From NCBI GenBank assembly GCA_024235015.1, contig JACKNG010000001.1, forward strand, positions 77,934-141,933: a stretch of DNA of 64,000 bases, given 5' to 3'. Made by a program: the position numbers and the translations under genes. The DNA is from Gammaproteobacteria bacterium (GTDB taxonomy: Bacteria > Pseudomonadota > Gammaproteobacteria > Ga0077536). Shown in pieces: positions 27,512 to 37,271 of the stretch (its first letter is position 1; every line of letters starts with the position of its first letter). The notes beneath the pieces were generated by a model that did no database searches, was not told the DNA's origin, and worked only from the letters and a program-made list of their open reading frames with translations.

Positions 27512-29758
27512 ATGGCCACGATTGCCCGCGAAGCGGTACCCCACGATCCGGCCCGGCGCGAGCAGCGCCAGCCGACCCTGCGCGAGATGATCGCCGAACG
27601 CGACCGGCTCACCGCCGAGACCGGGCACTACTACGGCGTCACCGAACTCAGCCTGCGCGACTCCGATCCGATCCGTTACGAACGCTTCTACTCCAAGCTG
27701 CATGCCGCGGTGCTGGCGGCACGCGAATCGGCACGCTTCGTCGCCGCCTCGCCGGGTTCGCGCGAGATGGGCGAATGCCTGTGGGGCATCGCGACCCCCG
27801 AGGGCGACACCCTGGCCGTGTCGCTCGGCTTCCTCTCCCACACCGTGATCTTCCCGACCTCGATCCGCTACATGGCGGACAACGATTACGACGTCAATGA
27901 CGGCATCGAGGACGGTGACGTCTACGCCGTGTCCGACGGCCTCACCGGCGGCGTGCCGCACCCCGGCGATTTCTATTCCTTCGTGCCGATCTGCATCGAC
28001 GGCGAGATCGTCGCCTGGGCCATCGGTATCAACCACCTGATGGAGAACGGCGCGCCGGTGGCGGGGTCCTGGGCGACCTTCTCGGTCGACACCTTCATGG
28101 ACGGCCTGGTCTGCCCGCCCATGCGCACCGGGCGCAAGCTCAAGCAGGAATCCTGGTGGAAGGCGATCTGGGAGCGGCGCACGCGCGCGGCGACCATGAA
28201 CATCCTCGACGACAAGATGCGCCTGGCCGGCTGCGCGATGATCCTCAAGGCCACGCACGAGCTCATCGACGAGTTCGGCATCGAGTACTACAAACGCGCC
28301 ATCCGCGAGGTCATCGAGGAATCGCGCCGCATGGTCGTCGACAACATGCGCGCGACCCTGGTGCCCGGCACCTACAACGGCTGTGCCTTCCGCCTGGTCA
28401 AGTACGAAGGCCTGCAGAACGTCTGGTCGCATGCCAACAAGAACACCCTCATCCACGTGCGCGGCAGCGTCGAGCCGAACGAGAACGGCCTGCTGCTCGA
28501 TGCCGAGGGCAGCTCCAGGTGGGGCTACCACTCCTACAATGCGACCCCGGGCGGCGTCGACTGCGCGGTGTTCCTCGGCATGATCAATTCCTTCTCGCAC
28601 AACACCAAGGTCACCGCCGGCATCGATCTCGCCGTACAGCGCAACTACCCCAAGGGCAGCATCTACAACCCGGACAACGAGTACACCTCGAACGCCAACC
28701 TGTGGGCGCAGACGGTGGCCCTGAACAGCATCGGCTTCGGCGCCGTCAACCGCGCCATGTTCGCCCGCGGCTACCTCGAGGAGGTCTTCACCGTCGACGG
28801 CAACTGGGGCGCTTTCCAGGGCGCCGGCACCACCGCGGATGGCACCAACTACGGCTTCACCAACTTCGAATGGCTGGGCGGCACCGGGCGCGGCGCGTGG
28901 TGCTACAAGGACGGCGAGCCGCTGGTGTGGGCGGCGTGGTCGCAGATGGCGACGATCGGCGACGCCGAGGAATTCGAGTCGACCGTGCCGCCACTGTTCT
29001 ACCTTGGGCGCAAGCTGCTGCCGGGCTACTTCGGCTACGGCAGGTACCGCGGCGGGCCGGGCAACTCGGCCGTGCACTGGTGCGTGCAGCCGGGGCGCCA
29101 CGTCGCCCTCACGCGGCCCAACGGTGGCCTCTCGTGCACGCCCTCGGTCGGCATCGGCATGAGCGGCGCCTACCCCGGGCCGGGCAGTTTCATGATCTCG
29201 GCGCGCGGAACCAACCTCGATGACCTCATCGCCGAGGGCGAGACGCCGCGCGATGCGCGCGAATTGCTGGCGCAGGTCGAGGCCGGCGCGCTGAAGGTCA
29301 AGAACCTCGAGATCTGGAAGACCGACTGCCCCGAACTCGCACTCAAGGACAACGACCTGTTCGTCGATGCCGCCGGCTCCTCGGGCGGCTGGGGCGATCC
29401 GCTCGAACGCGACCCGCGGCTGGTCATCGCCGACCTCGACAGCGGCATTTGCCCGGACTACGAGTTCGTCAGCAACATGCACGGCGTGGTCGCCCACCGC
29501 CACGACGACGGCCACTGGGAACTCGACGAGGATGCGACGCGGGCCAAGCGCGCCCTGCTGCGCGAAGCACGGCTGGAGGAGTCGATGCCGGTCGAGAACT
29601 GGTGGCTGGCCGAGCGCGCACGCGTCGAGCGGCGCGACTTCGCGCCCGAGGTCAACGAGATGTACGCGCAGAGCCTGTCGTTCGCCAAGTTCCGCACCGA
29701 GTTCACCCGTTTCTGGCAGTTGCCGGGTGATTTTTCCTTCGGCGAAGCGGAGGTCTGA
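27512..29758 (+). CDS. Acetone carboxylase alpha-subunit-like protein (hydantoinase B/oxoprolinase family)
   Basis: 748 aa, collinear with AcxB (GHYYGVTELSLRDSDPIRYERFYSKLHAAVLAARESA, GYLEEV...). RBS GAGGGAGGA before the ATG. Confidence 0.85.
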   Translation: MATIAREAVPHDPARREQRQPTLREMIAERDRLTAETGHYYGVTELSLRDSDPIRYERFYSKLHAAVLAARESARFVAASPGSREMGECLWGIATPEGDTLAVSLGFLSHTVIFPTSIRYMADNDYDVNDGIEDGDVYAVSDGLTGGVPHPGDFYSFVPICIDGEIVAWAIGINHLMENGAPVAGSWATFSVDTFMDGLVCPPMRTGRKLKQESWWKAIWERRTRAATMNILDDKMRLAGCAMILKATHELIDEFGIEYYKRAIREVIEESRRMVVDNMRATLVPGTYNGCAFRLVKYEGLQNVWSHANKNTLIHVRGSVEPNENGLLLDAEGSSRWGYHSYNATPGGVDCAVFLGMINSFSHNTKVTAGIDLAVQRNYPKGSIYNPDNEYTSNANLWAQTVALNSIGFGAVNRAMFARGYLEEVFTVDGNWGAFQGAGTTADGTNYGFTNFEWLGGTGRGAWCYKDGEPLVWAAWSQMATIGDAEEFESTVPPLFYLGRKLLPGYFGYGRYRGGPGNSAVHWCVQPGRHVALTRPNGGLSCTPSVGIGMSGAYPGPGSFMISARGTNLDDLIAEGETPRDARELLAQVEAGALKVKNLEIWKTDCPELALKDNDLFVDAAGSSGGWGDPLERDPRLVIADLDSGICPDYEFVSNMHGVVAHRHDDGHWELDEDATRAKRALLREARLEESMPVENWWLAERARVERRDFAPEVNEMYAQSLSFAKFRTEFTRFWQLPGDFSFGEAEV

Positions 29759-29761
29759 GCG

Positions 29762-30334
29762 ATGAGCGAGGAATTCAGCGTCAGCCGCGATCTCATCCGC
29801 CAGCTCGTCGAGGGCACCATCGACGACGACAACACCGAGCGGCTGCTCAAGCTGCCGCGCAAGGACAAGGATCGCTTCCTCAACTACATCGCCGTGCTGC
29901 AGGAACGTGTGCCGTGGGACGATCGCATCCTGCTGCGCCTGGGCGACAAGCTCTACGTGGTGTCGAAAGGCGCCGGGCGGCGCGAGACCCAGTGCGAGTG
30001 CGGTCACAGCTTCGGCGACTACCGTGAGAACTGGAAGCTGAAGTGCCGCATCCGCGTGCGTGACACCTTGGAGCGTATGGCCGAGGTCTACGATCCCGCC
30101 CCGGCCGTGCCCGAGGCGGGCTGGCAGGAAATCCGCGAATTCTTCTGCCCCGGCTGCGCCACCCAGCACGCGGTCGAAGTGGTCGCGCCGGGTTACCCGG
30201 TGGTATTCGAACTGCTGCCGGATCTCGATCGCTTCTACCGCGATTACCTCGGCCAACCGCTCGCGGACGAAGCCGGGGACTGGTACGAGGACCGCTCGGC
30301 GCAGGTGACGGCGCACTGGAAACAAGCCGGCTGA
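29762..30334 (+). CDS. Acetone carboxylase gamma-subunit-like protein (AcxC-like Zn-ribbon subunit)
   Basis: 190 aa with IAVLQERVPWDD, CECGHSF..NWKL..RVRD, and IREFFCPGC, matching AcxC blocks; starts 4 nt after the alpha-like stop. Confidence 0.8.
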   Translation: MSEEFSVSRDLIRQLVEGTIDDDNTERLLKLPRKDKDRFLNYIAVLQERVPWDDRILLRLGDKLYVVSKGAGRRETQCECGHSFGDYRENWKLKCRIRVRDTLERMAEVYDPAPAVPEAGWQEIREFFCPGCATQHAVEVVAPGYPVVFELLPDLDRFYRDYLGQPLADEAGDWYEDRSAQVTAHWKQAG

Positions 30335-30384
30335 GTACGCGGCGCGGTCGGGACGCCGGCCTAACAAACCGGGACGGAGCTAAG

Positions 30385-30450
30385 GGGGACAGTATACTTT
30401 CGCACGCGCTGTGGGCCGGCCCGTGCGCCGGGCGAAAGTATACTGTCCCC
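30385..30450. repeat. Long hairpin GGGGACAGTATACTTTCGC-N28-GCGAAAGTATACTGTCCCC (GGGGACAG palindrome family) between the acxC-like and acxA-like genes
   Basis: 19-bp perfect arms with an internal AT-rich GTATAC core; the spacer is itself partly palindromic (CGCACG...CGTGCG, GGGCCGGCCC). Confidence 0.7.
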
Positions 30451-30541
30451 ATTCCCGCTACCCGTCCCCGCCCGACGCACAGACGACGACGCGCTGCCGC
30501 ACCTGCGGTGGCGAGCAGAATTTCTTCGAGGGGAGACATCC

Positions 30542-32728
30542 ATGAGCACGAGCTCCGAGCACGTCGGCGCCGAGCGCGACCTGATCCTGGCGCTCGACGC
30601 CGGCGGCACCATGACCGACGCCATCCTGGTCAAGCCCGATGGCACCTTCACCGTCGGCAAGTCGATCAGCCGGCGTGAAGACCAGGCGTTGAGCTACTAC
30701 GAGTCGGTCGCCGACGCCGCGCAGATGATCGGTCTCGATGCCGAGACCGTGCACCGCCGCTGTGCCGCGGACATCTACTGCGGCACCGGCATGCTGAACA
30801 GCGTGCTGACCGGCGACGGGCGCAAGGTCGGGCTGGTCGTCACGCGCGGCTTCGAGGACATCACCGTCATGGAAGGCGGTCTCACCTACCTCGGCCAGAG
30901 CCAGGCCGAGGGCCTGCACCAGCAATTGCACCGCCACACCCGGCAGCTGGTCGATCCGCGCAACGTGGTCAGCGTCAGCGAGCGCATGGGCGGCGGATGC
31001 TACCAGGGCAACATCCACCTGCCGGCCGGGCACACGCTCATCCCGGTCAACGAGCGCCAGGTGCGCGAGGGCGTCAACAAGCTGCTCGACCAGGGCTGCG
31101 AGGTCATCGGCATCCTCTTCATCTACTCCTTCGTCGATCCGCGCCACGAGCACCAGGCGCGCGACATCGCGCGGCAGGAGATCGCGAAACGCGGGGTCGA
31201 GGTGCCAGTGGTGTGTTCGGCCGACGTCGCGCCGGTGGCGAAGGAGAACAACCGCCTGAAGAGCCTGCTCTTCCAATGCTTCGCTGCCGAACAGGTGCGC
31301 GAATCCCTGCTCGACGTCGAGCGGCGCGCGCGCGGTCTCGGCTTCAGCGGCCGCCTGCTGACCCTGTTGTCCTACGGCGGCGCGGTGAACATGGAATACC
31401 CGCGCCTCTACGAGACCATGATCTCGGGGCCCATCGGCGGCCTCATCGGCGCCCAGTTCGTCGCCAGCCAGCTCGGCCTCGACAACGTCGTCACCGCCGA
31501 CATGGGCGGCACCAGCTTCGATGTCGGCCTGCTCGTCGACGGCCGCATGGGCATCGCGCGCAGCGCCGACATCGCCGGCCACCGTCTCGCCCTGCCCATG
31601 GTCGAACTCGACTCGGTCGGCAGCGGCGCGGGCTCGGTGGTGTGGGTCGACGAGTACAAGCGCCTGCACGTCGGGCCGGACTCGGCCGGCGCCCGGGTCG
31701 GCATCTGCCACGAGTTCGATCGCCTCACCGTCACCGACATCAACGTCGCGCTCGGCTACGTCGACCCCGACTACTTCCTCGGCGGCCATATCAAGCTCGA
31801 TCGCGAACGTGCCCTGGCCGCGCTCAAGGAAGCCGTCGCCGACCCGCTCGGCCTCGACGTCTACGAGGCCGGTGCCGGCGTGCTCGCCATCGTCAACGCC
31901 GAGATGAACGACCTGCTGCGTACCATGGTCGCGGCCAAGGGTTACGACACGCGCGACTTCACCCTGCTCTACTACGGCGGCGCCGGCCCGGTGCACATGT
32001 ACGGTTTCGCCGAGGGTATTCCCTTCAAGGACGTCATCACCCTGCCGTGGGCGGCCGGCTTCTCGGCCTTCGGCGCGGCCTGCGCCGAGTACATGCATCG
32101 CTACGACCGCGGCCTGCGCGTGCTGGTGCCGGCCAGGGCCGATACAGCCGAACTCGCGGCGACGGCGACCGAGGTCGATCGCGCCTGGCGCGAACTCGAA
32201 GCGGAAGCCCGCGCCGAGATGGCGGCCGAAGGCATTGACCCGGACAAGGTGCGCTTCCGCTACGGCGTCGCCATGCGCTACATCGGCCAGATCGAGAGTT
32301 TCGATACCGCCCTCGCCAGTGGCGACATGCGCGGCCCCGAGGACATCCGCGCCATGGTCGAGGCCTTCGAGACGATGTACTCCAAGGTCTATCCCGAGGG
32401 CGCCAAGTTCAGCGGCGCCGGCTACTCGCTGACCGAGGTCAGCATCGAGGCGATCGCGCCCAAGCCGCAGCCGCGCCTGGCGCGCCATGCGCTGGCCGGC
32501 AGTGAACCCGCCGCCCAGGCACGGGTCGGTACGCGCGAGGTCTACCACCAGGATGCCTGGGTGACGTTCGCCGTCTACGAGATGAAGGAGCTCACCGCCG
32601 GCAATGTCGTGCACGGGCCGGCCATCATCCGCGATCCCATGACGACGGTGGTCGTCCCGCCCGGCCACGAGATGGCCTTCGACGAACACCTGATCCTGCA
32701 CTACCGCGCCAGCGCGGCCACGCACTGA
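30542..32728 (+). CDS. Acetone carboxylase beta-subunit-like protein (hydantoinase A/oxoprolinase family)
   Basis: 728 aa, collinear with AcxA (LALDAGGTMTD, ISGPIGGLIGA, DMGGTSFDV, ELDSVGSGAGS...). Confidence 0.85.
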   Translation: MSTSSEHVGAERDLILALDAGGTMTDAILVKPDGTFTVGKSISRREDQALSYYESVADAAQMIGLDAETVHRRCAADIYCGTGMLNSVLTGDGRKVGLVVTRGFEDITVMEGGLTYLGQSQAEGLHQQLHRHTRQLVDPRNVVSVSERMGGGCYQGNIHLPAGHTLIPVNERQVREGVNKLLDQGCEVIGILFIYSFVDPRHEHQARDIARQEIAKRGVEVPVVCSADVAPVAKENNRLKSLLFQCFAAEQVRESLLDVERRARGLGFSGRLLTLLSYGGAVNMEYPRLYETMISGPIGGLIGAQFVASQLGLDNVVTADMGGTSFDVGLLVDGRMGIARSADIAGHRLALPMVELDSVGSGAGSVVWVDEYKRLHVGPDSAGARVGICHEFDRLTVTDINVALGYVDPDYFLGGHIKLDRERALAALKEAVADPLGLDVYEAGAGVLAIVNAEMNDLLRTMVAAKGYDTRDFTLLYYGGAGPVHMYGFAEGIPFKDVITLPWAAGFSAFGAACAEYMHRYDRGLRVLVPARADTAELAATATEVDRAWRELEAEARAEMAAEGIDPDKVRFRYGVAMRYIGQIESFDTALASGDMRGPEDIRAMVEAFETMYSKVYPEGAKFSGAGYSLTEVSIEAIAPKPQPRLARHALAGSEPAAQARVGTREVYHQDAWVTFAVYEMKELTAGNVVHGPAIIRDPMTTVVVPPGHEMAFDEHLILHYRASAATH

Positions 32729-32738
32729 GGAAAACAAC

Positions 32739-33599
32739 ATGAAACTCGTGACCTTCACCGAGGGCGGCCACACGCGCCCCGGACGCGTCGACGGCGACAG
32801 CGTCGTCGACCTCGGCGACGCCGGCCTGCCGGGCGAGATGAGTGCCCTGCTCGCCGCCGGCGCCGCTGCGCTGGCCAGGGCCGCGGCCGCCGATGGTGCC
32901 CGCTTTGCACTCGATACGGTGACCCTGGAAGCCCCGATCCTGCGCCCGCCCAAGATCCTCGCCGTCGGCCTCAACTATCGCGATCACATCGAGGAAACCG
33001 GTCTCGACACGCCCAAGGTACCGATGATCTTCAACAAGCAGTCGACTGCCGCGCACGGACCCTATGCGCCGTTTCACCTGCCGCGGGTCTCGACCAAGCT
33101 CGACTACGAGGGCGAACTCGGCATGGTCATCGGGCGACGCTGCCGCCACGTGCCGGCGGCGCGGGCGCGCGAGGTGATCGCCGGTTACACGGTGTGCAAC
33201 GACGTCAGCGTGCGCGACTGGCAGATGCGCTCGCAGACCTTCATCATGGGCAAGTCCTTCGACACCCACTGTCCCTTCGGGCCGTGGATCACCACCGCCG
33301 ACGAGGTGCCCGACCCGCACGCGCTGGACCTGAAGACCTGGGTCAACGGCGAGCTGCGCCAGGATTCCAACACCCGCCACCTGGTGTTCGACTGCTTCGC
33401 CCTGGTCGAGCACCTCACGACCGCCTTCACCCTCGAGCCCGGCGACCTCATTCTCACCGGCACGCCGAGCGGGGTCGGCATCGGCTTCGAGCCCAAGCGC
33501 TTCCTCGCCGCCGGCGATCACGTGAAGGTCGAAATCCAGGGCCTGGGTTTCATCGCCAACGAAGTCGTGGCCGAGCCCGACTCGACCACGCTGATCTGA
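32739..33599 (+). CDS. Fumarylacetoacetate hydrolase (FAH) family protein
   Basis: 286 aa with the FAH fold signature (GLNYRDH, YEGELGMVIG, GTPSGVG). Confidence 0.85.
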   Translation: MKLVTFTEGGHTRPGRVDGDSVVDLGDAGLPGEMSALLAAGAAALARAAAADGARFALDTVTLEAPILRPPKILAVGLNYRDHIEETGLDTPKVPMIFNKQSTAAHGPYAPFHLPRVSTKLDYEGELGMVIGRRCRHVPAARAREVIAGYTVCNDVSVRDWQMRSQTFIMGKSFDTHCPFGPWITTADEVPDPHALDLKTWVNGELRQDSNTRHLVFDCFALVEHLTTAFTLEPGDLILTGTPSGVGIGFEPKRFLAAGDHVKVEIQGLGFIANEVVAEPDSTTLI

Positions 33600-33613
33600 C
33601 GGGGGCGCAAGCC

Positions 33614-34603
33614 ATGACGACGATGATGAAAGCCTGGCAGTTCGAACGCTACGGGCGCTACGACGAGGTCCTCGAGTGGGTCGACCGGCCGCTGCCCGAG
33701 CCTGGCCCGAACGAGGCGCGCGTGCGCACCCGGGCGGTGTCGCTCAACTTTCCCGATCTCCTCATCACCCAGGGCCTGTACCAGGCGCGGGCGCCGCTGC
33801 CGGCGGTATCCGGCGTCGAAGGCGTCGGTATCGTCGAGGCGGTCGGTCCCGGCAGCCCGTTCGAGGTCGGCCAGCGGGTGGTCTCGTTCAACAACCTCGC
33901 CGGCATGCTGGCGGACTGCTTCATCGCCCACAACGCGACCTCGTGGGCGGTGCCGGACCACGTCAGTGACAGCCAGGCGGCTGCGCTCAGCACCACCTAC
34001 GGCACCTCCTACTACGCGCTCGTGCACCGCGCCCACATCCAGCCCGGCGAGACCCTGCTCGTGGCCGGTGCCGCGGGTGGCGTCGGCCTCGCCGCGGTCC
34101 AGCTCGGCAAGGTTTTCGGCGCGCGCGTCATCGCCGCCGCGGGTAGCGCCGAGAAACTCGCCGTGTGTCGCGACAACGGTGCCGACGAGCTCATCAACTA
34201 CCAGGAAGAAGACATCGTCGAACGGGTCAAGGCACTGACCGATGGCCGCGGCGCCGACGTCATCTACGACCCGGTGGGCGCGGATCTGTTCGACCAGATG
34301 AAACGCTGCATCGCCTGGGAAGGCCGCATGCTGGTGATCGGTTTCGCCGGCGGGCGCATCCCCACCATCGAGTGCAACCGCATGCTGCTGAAGAACATGG
34401 CCGTGGTCGGCCTGGCCTGGGGCCCGTGCGTCGAGCGCAACCCGGCCCAGGGCGCTGCTTGCCAGCAGCATCTCTACGACCTGTTACGGGTCGGCGCGAT
34501 CGACCCGGTCATCTACCGCACCCTGCCTTTCGCCGAAGTGCGCGAAGGCATGCGCCTGATGGAGAGCCGCGCACTCTACGGCAAGATCGTCATCGAACGC
34601 TGA
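33614..34603 (+). CDS. NADPH:quinone oxidoreductase / zinc-independent MDR-family alcohol dehydrogenase
   Basis: Start MTTMMKAWQF at the ATG at 33614; GAAGGVG Rossmann motif; 329 aa. Confidence 0.85.
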   Translation: MTTMMKAWQFERYGRYDEVLEWVDRPLPEPGPNEARVRTRAVSLNFPDLLITQGLYQARAPLPAVSGVEGVGIVEAVGPGSPFEVGQRVVSFNNLAGMLADCFIAHNATSWAVPDHVSDSQAAALSTTYGTSYYALVHRAHIQPGETLLVAGAAGGVGLAAVQLGKVFGARVIAAAGSAEKLAVCRDNGADELINYQEEDIVERVKALTDGRGADVIYDPVGADLFDQMKRCIAWEGRMLVIGFAGGRIPTIECNRMLLKNMAVVGLAWGPCVERNPAQGAACQQHLYDLLRVGAIDPVIYRTLPFAEVREGMRLMESRALYGKIVIER

Positions 34604-35121
34604 ACGCGTGGGCGCGCCGCGGTGGTGCGCCGCACAATCCGGCTGCCCGGAGACGGCGACGAAATCGTTGCGAGCCGGGCCGTACGCGGTCTATGCTTGG
34701 GCTGCGCGCGCAAGGCGCGATTTCTTTAGACGAGGACTCGAACAACAGCAGCACACGCGGGTGGTGCAGCGCCCCGGGGGCAGAACCGCGCAACGGCGCG
34801 CTCACCCCGGACGACGCCGATGCCCCCCCGGTCCGCAGCGCCAGGTCTTCGTTTCCCATCGCACGAGTTTCCCAGGATCCGTTCGCTTGTTTCCGCACCC
34901 GAGATCGCGCCAGCCGCACGACCCCTACCGGGCGTTCGTGGCGAGCTCTTCGCGGCGTGTCCGGGTGAGATCTGTTCCGTGCCATCGAATTGTCTCTAGC
35001 CGCATGGCCTCGTCCAGCGCCATGCCTTCCGTACTTCGCTACCTGTTCCGGTCCGTGTCACCGCCGTCAGTCGCGGCCCGGGGAGTCAGTCGCGACGGCG
35101 CGTTTCCAGAGGCAATCACGC

Positions 35122-35388
35122 ATGGATATATATGTCGGTAACCTGTCCTACGCAATGACCGCGGAAGAATTGCGCGAGGCTTTCGAGCAACACGGCGAGG
35201 TCACGAACGCCAAGGTGATCATGGATCGTGACACCGGTCGTTCGAAAGGCTTCGGCTTCGTCGAGATGCCGAACCAGGCGGAGGGCGAAGCGGCGATCGC
35301 CGAGTTGAACGGCGCCATGCTCAAGGGCCGCACGGCGCGGGTCAACGAGGCGCGTCCGCGCGACAACGATCGCCCGCCCCGGCGCTGA
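35122..35388 (+). CDS. RRM-type RNA-binding protein (RNP-1/RNP-2; glycine-rich-RBP-like)
   Basis: 88 aa from MDIYVGNLSYAMTAEELREAF... with KGFGFVEM (RNP-1) and IYVGNL (RNP-2). The track start at 34990 adds an unsupported 44-aa extension. Confidence 0.8.
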   Translation: MDIYVGNLSYAMTAEELREAFEQHGEVTNAKVIMDRDTGRSKGFGFVEMPNQAEGEAAIAELNGAMLKGRTARVNEARPRDNDRPPRR

Positions 35389-35442
35389 AGGCGGCGCCCG
35401 TCGCGGCGCGTTGACGCGGAATCCGGCGGATCCCCGCGGCGT

Positions 35443-36369
35443 TCAGTTCTCGATGACGGGCTTGACCTCCTCGATGATGCGCCGGGTCTGCTCGACGGTG
35501 TCCTGCTCGCCGGCGGCGATCGGGAAGAGCACGAACTTCGAGGCGCCGGCGTCGATGTAGCGGCGCAGGCGATCGATCACGTCCGCGCTGCTGCCGATGC
35601 AGAACAGCGGGTCGAGGTCGAGCGTTTCGCCGATGCCGGTGCGCTTGACGAAGGGCGAGTTGACCACGGCGTCGTCGTCGCGGCTGCCGATGCGGTAGGC
35701 CAGCGACGTGCCGTAGTGGTCGTCGTCGATGTGGCGGCCGAGCCGCGCGGCCTCGGCCTTGATCCCGGCGATCACCGTGCGCACGTCGTCGGGCGAGGCG
35801 ATGCCGCCGATCCAGCCGGTGCCGAGACGCGCGGTGCGCTTGATTGCGGCCTGGCTGTTTCCGCCGATCCACAGCGGCAAGGGCTGCTGCACGGGGCGTG
35901 GCGCAATGGTCGCATCGCGGTACTGGAAGTACTTGCCCTCGTAGGTCACCTTCTCCTCGCGCCACAGACGGTCGATGAGTTCGAACATCTCGTTGGCGAT
36001 CGAACCGCGATGGTCCGAACTGCGCCCGGTCGCGCCCCACTCCGCCGCCTTCGGGTAACCGACACCGAACATCGGCAGCAGGCGCCCGTTGGACAGGTAG
36101 TCGATGGTCGCGCACTGCTTGGCCAGCACCAGCGGGTCGCGCAACGGCGCGACGATCGCGTTCATGCCGAACTTGATGCGTTCGGTGCAACCGGCCAGGG
36201 CGGCCAGCGCCGACAGCGATTCGAGGTAGTTGTCAGTCGAGATCAGGCGGTCGGACTGCCACACCGAGTCGACCCCGGCACGTTCGAGCATCTCCACCCA
36301 GCGGAAATAGCCGCGGCCATCCTCGAAGGGGTAATTGACGAGGCCGAAGCCGATCCGGATTTTCAGCAT
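35443..36369 (-). CDS. LLM-class (F420/FMN-dependent) oxidoreductase
   Basis: 308 aa from MLKIRIGFGLVNYPFEDG... The 148-aa Arg/Ala-rich extension in the track is not supported. Confidence 0.75.
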   Translation of the reverse strand: MLKIRIGFGLVNYPFEDGRGYFRWVEMLERAGVDSVWQSDRLISTDNYLESLSALAALAGCTERIKFGMNAIVAPLRDPLVLAKQCATIDYLSNGRLLPMFGVGYPKAAEWGATGRSSDHRGSIANEMFELIDRLWREEKVTYEGKYFQYRDATIAPRPVQQPLPLWIGGNSQAAIKRTARLGTGWIGGIASPDDVRTVIAGIKAEAARLGRHIDDDHYGTSLAYRIGSRDDDAVVNSPFVKRTGIGETLDLDPLFCIGSSADVIDRLRRYIDAGASKFVLFPIAAGEQDTVEQTRRIIEEVKPVIEN

Positions 36370-36386
36370 GGCGGCGCCCCCCGGGC

Positions 36387-37151
36387 TCACATTTCCATCG
36401 GTAGCTTGAAATGCGCGCGCAGGACGCGCTCGCGGTGTTCCATCAACAACGGCGTCAGCGCTGCTTTCACCTCGGGCGCGAGGAGTTCGAACATGGCGCG
36501 GAAACCCTCGGCGACCGGCACGTCCTCCGGCGGCGGCAGGAGGTAGATGGTCGAGAACGCGGCCCAGTAGAAATCGACCGCGGTGAGGGTGTCGCCGACG
36601 AAGTAGGCGCAGCCGCGCGCCCGCTGCGCCTCGAGTTCGGCATGCAGCAATTGCAGCGTTTCGACCTGGCGGCGATCGGCGAGCGCGACATCGCTTTCGT
36701 TGTAGTTGTACTTGCGCGCCATGCTGAGCACCGGCGCCGGCGGCTGGCCCGATTCCATCGCCGGGCGGAACAGTGACAGACGCCGGTTCCAGCCGAGACC
36801 GAGCGGGCCACACATCTCGTAGGCGAGGCCGAGTGCCCGCGCGCGATCGGCGCGTTTCTCCGGCAGCAGGCGCTTGTTGGGGGCGAGACGCTCGAGGAGG
36901 AAGAGGATGTCGTCCCAGCGATTGAGCGGCGGCTCGTCGTTCCAGGCCACCACCGGGCCGCTGTTGATGCCGGCCCAGGCCACCAGTGCCACGTTGTCAC
37001 CGCCCGGCATCTGCGCGCCGCAGGCGAAGTCGAGGCCCTTGTATTCCATCATCGCCTTGGCCGCCTGGCCCCACGGGCTCGGCGTGCCGGCGACGAGGAC
37101 GAGGCGCAGGCCGTCGCGCTTGATCAGGTCTTCGATGGCGATGAATTCCAT
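36387..37151 (-). CDS. Glutathione S-transferase family protein
   Basis: 254 aa from MEFIAIEDLIKRDGLRLVLVAGTPSPWG... with GST N- and C-terminal domains; GGAGGG RBS before the ATG at 37151. The 737-aa track ORF is mostly wrong-frame read-through. Confidence 0.8.
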   Translation of the reverse strand: MEFIAIEDLIKRDGLRLVLVAGTPSPWGQAAKAMMEYKGLDFACGAQMPGGDNVALVAWAGINSGPVVAWNDEPPLNRWDDILFLLERLAPNKRLLPEKRADRARALGLAYEMCGPLGLGWNRRLSLFRPAMESGQPPAPVLSMARKYNYNESDVALADRRQVETLQLLHAELEAQRARGCAYFVGDTLTAVDFYWAAFSTIYLLPPPEDVPVAEGFRAMFELLAPEVKAALTPLLMEHRERVLRAHFKLPMEM

Positions 37152-37271
37152 GGTCCCTCCCCGGGCTTGCTGACAGGTCGTGCTCGAACAGCCGCACGAG
37201 CGGGCCGTATCGAGTGCGCTATCGTACGATGCCGGGCGCAGGGCCGCGACCGTGCGGCGCGAGAGCGAGCG

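Noticed and set aside
34690-34706. 10-mer CTATGCTTGG shared between the rbp leader and the region upstream of the P450 gene (~48635)
   Set aside because: A shared 10-mer is expected by chance thousands of times in 64 kb; there is no extended similarity.
34725-34760. tRNA-like T-arm remnant GGACTCGAAC in the long rbp leader
   Set aside because: No acceptor or anticodon stems can be built around it; stem complementarity fails.
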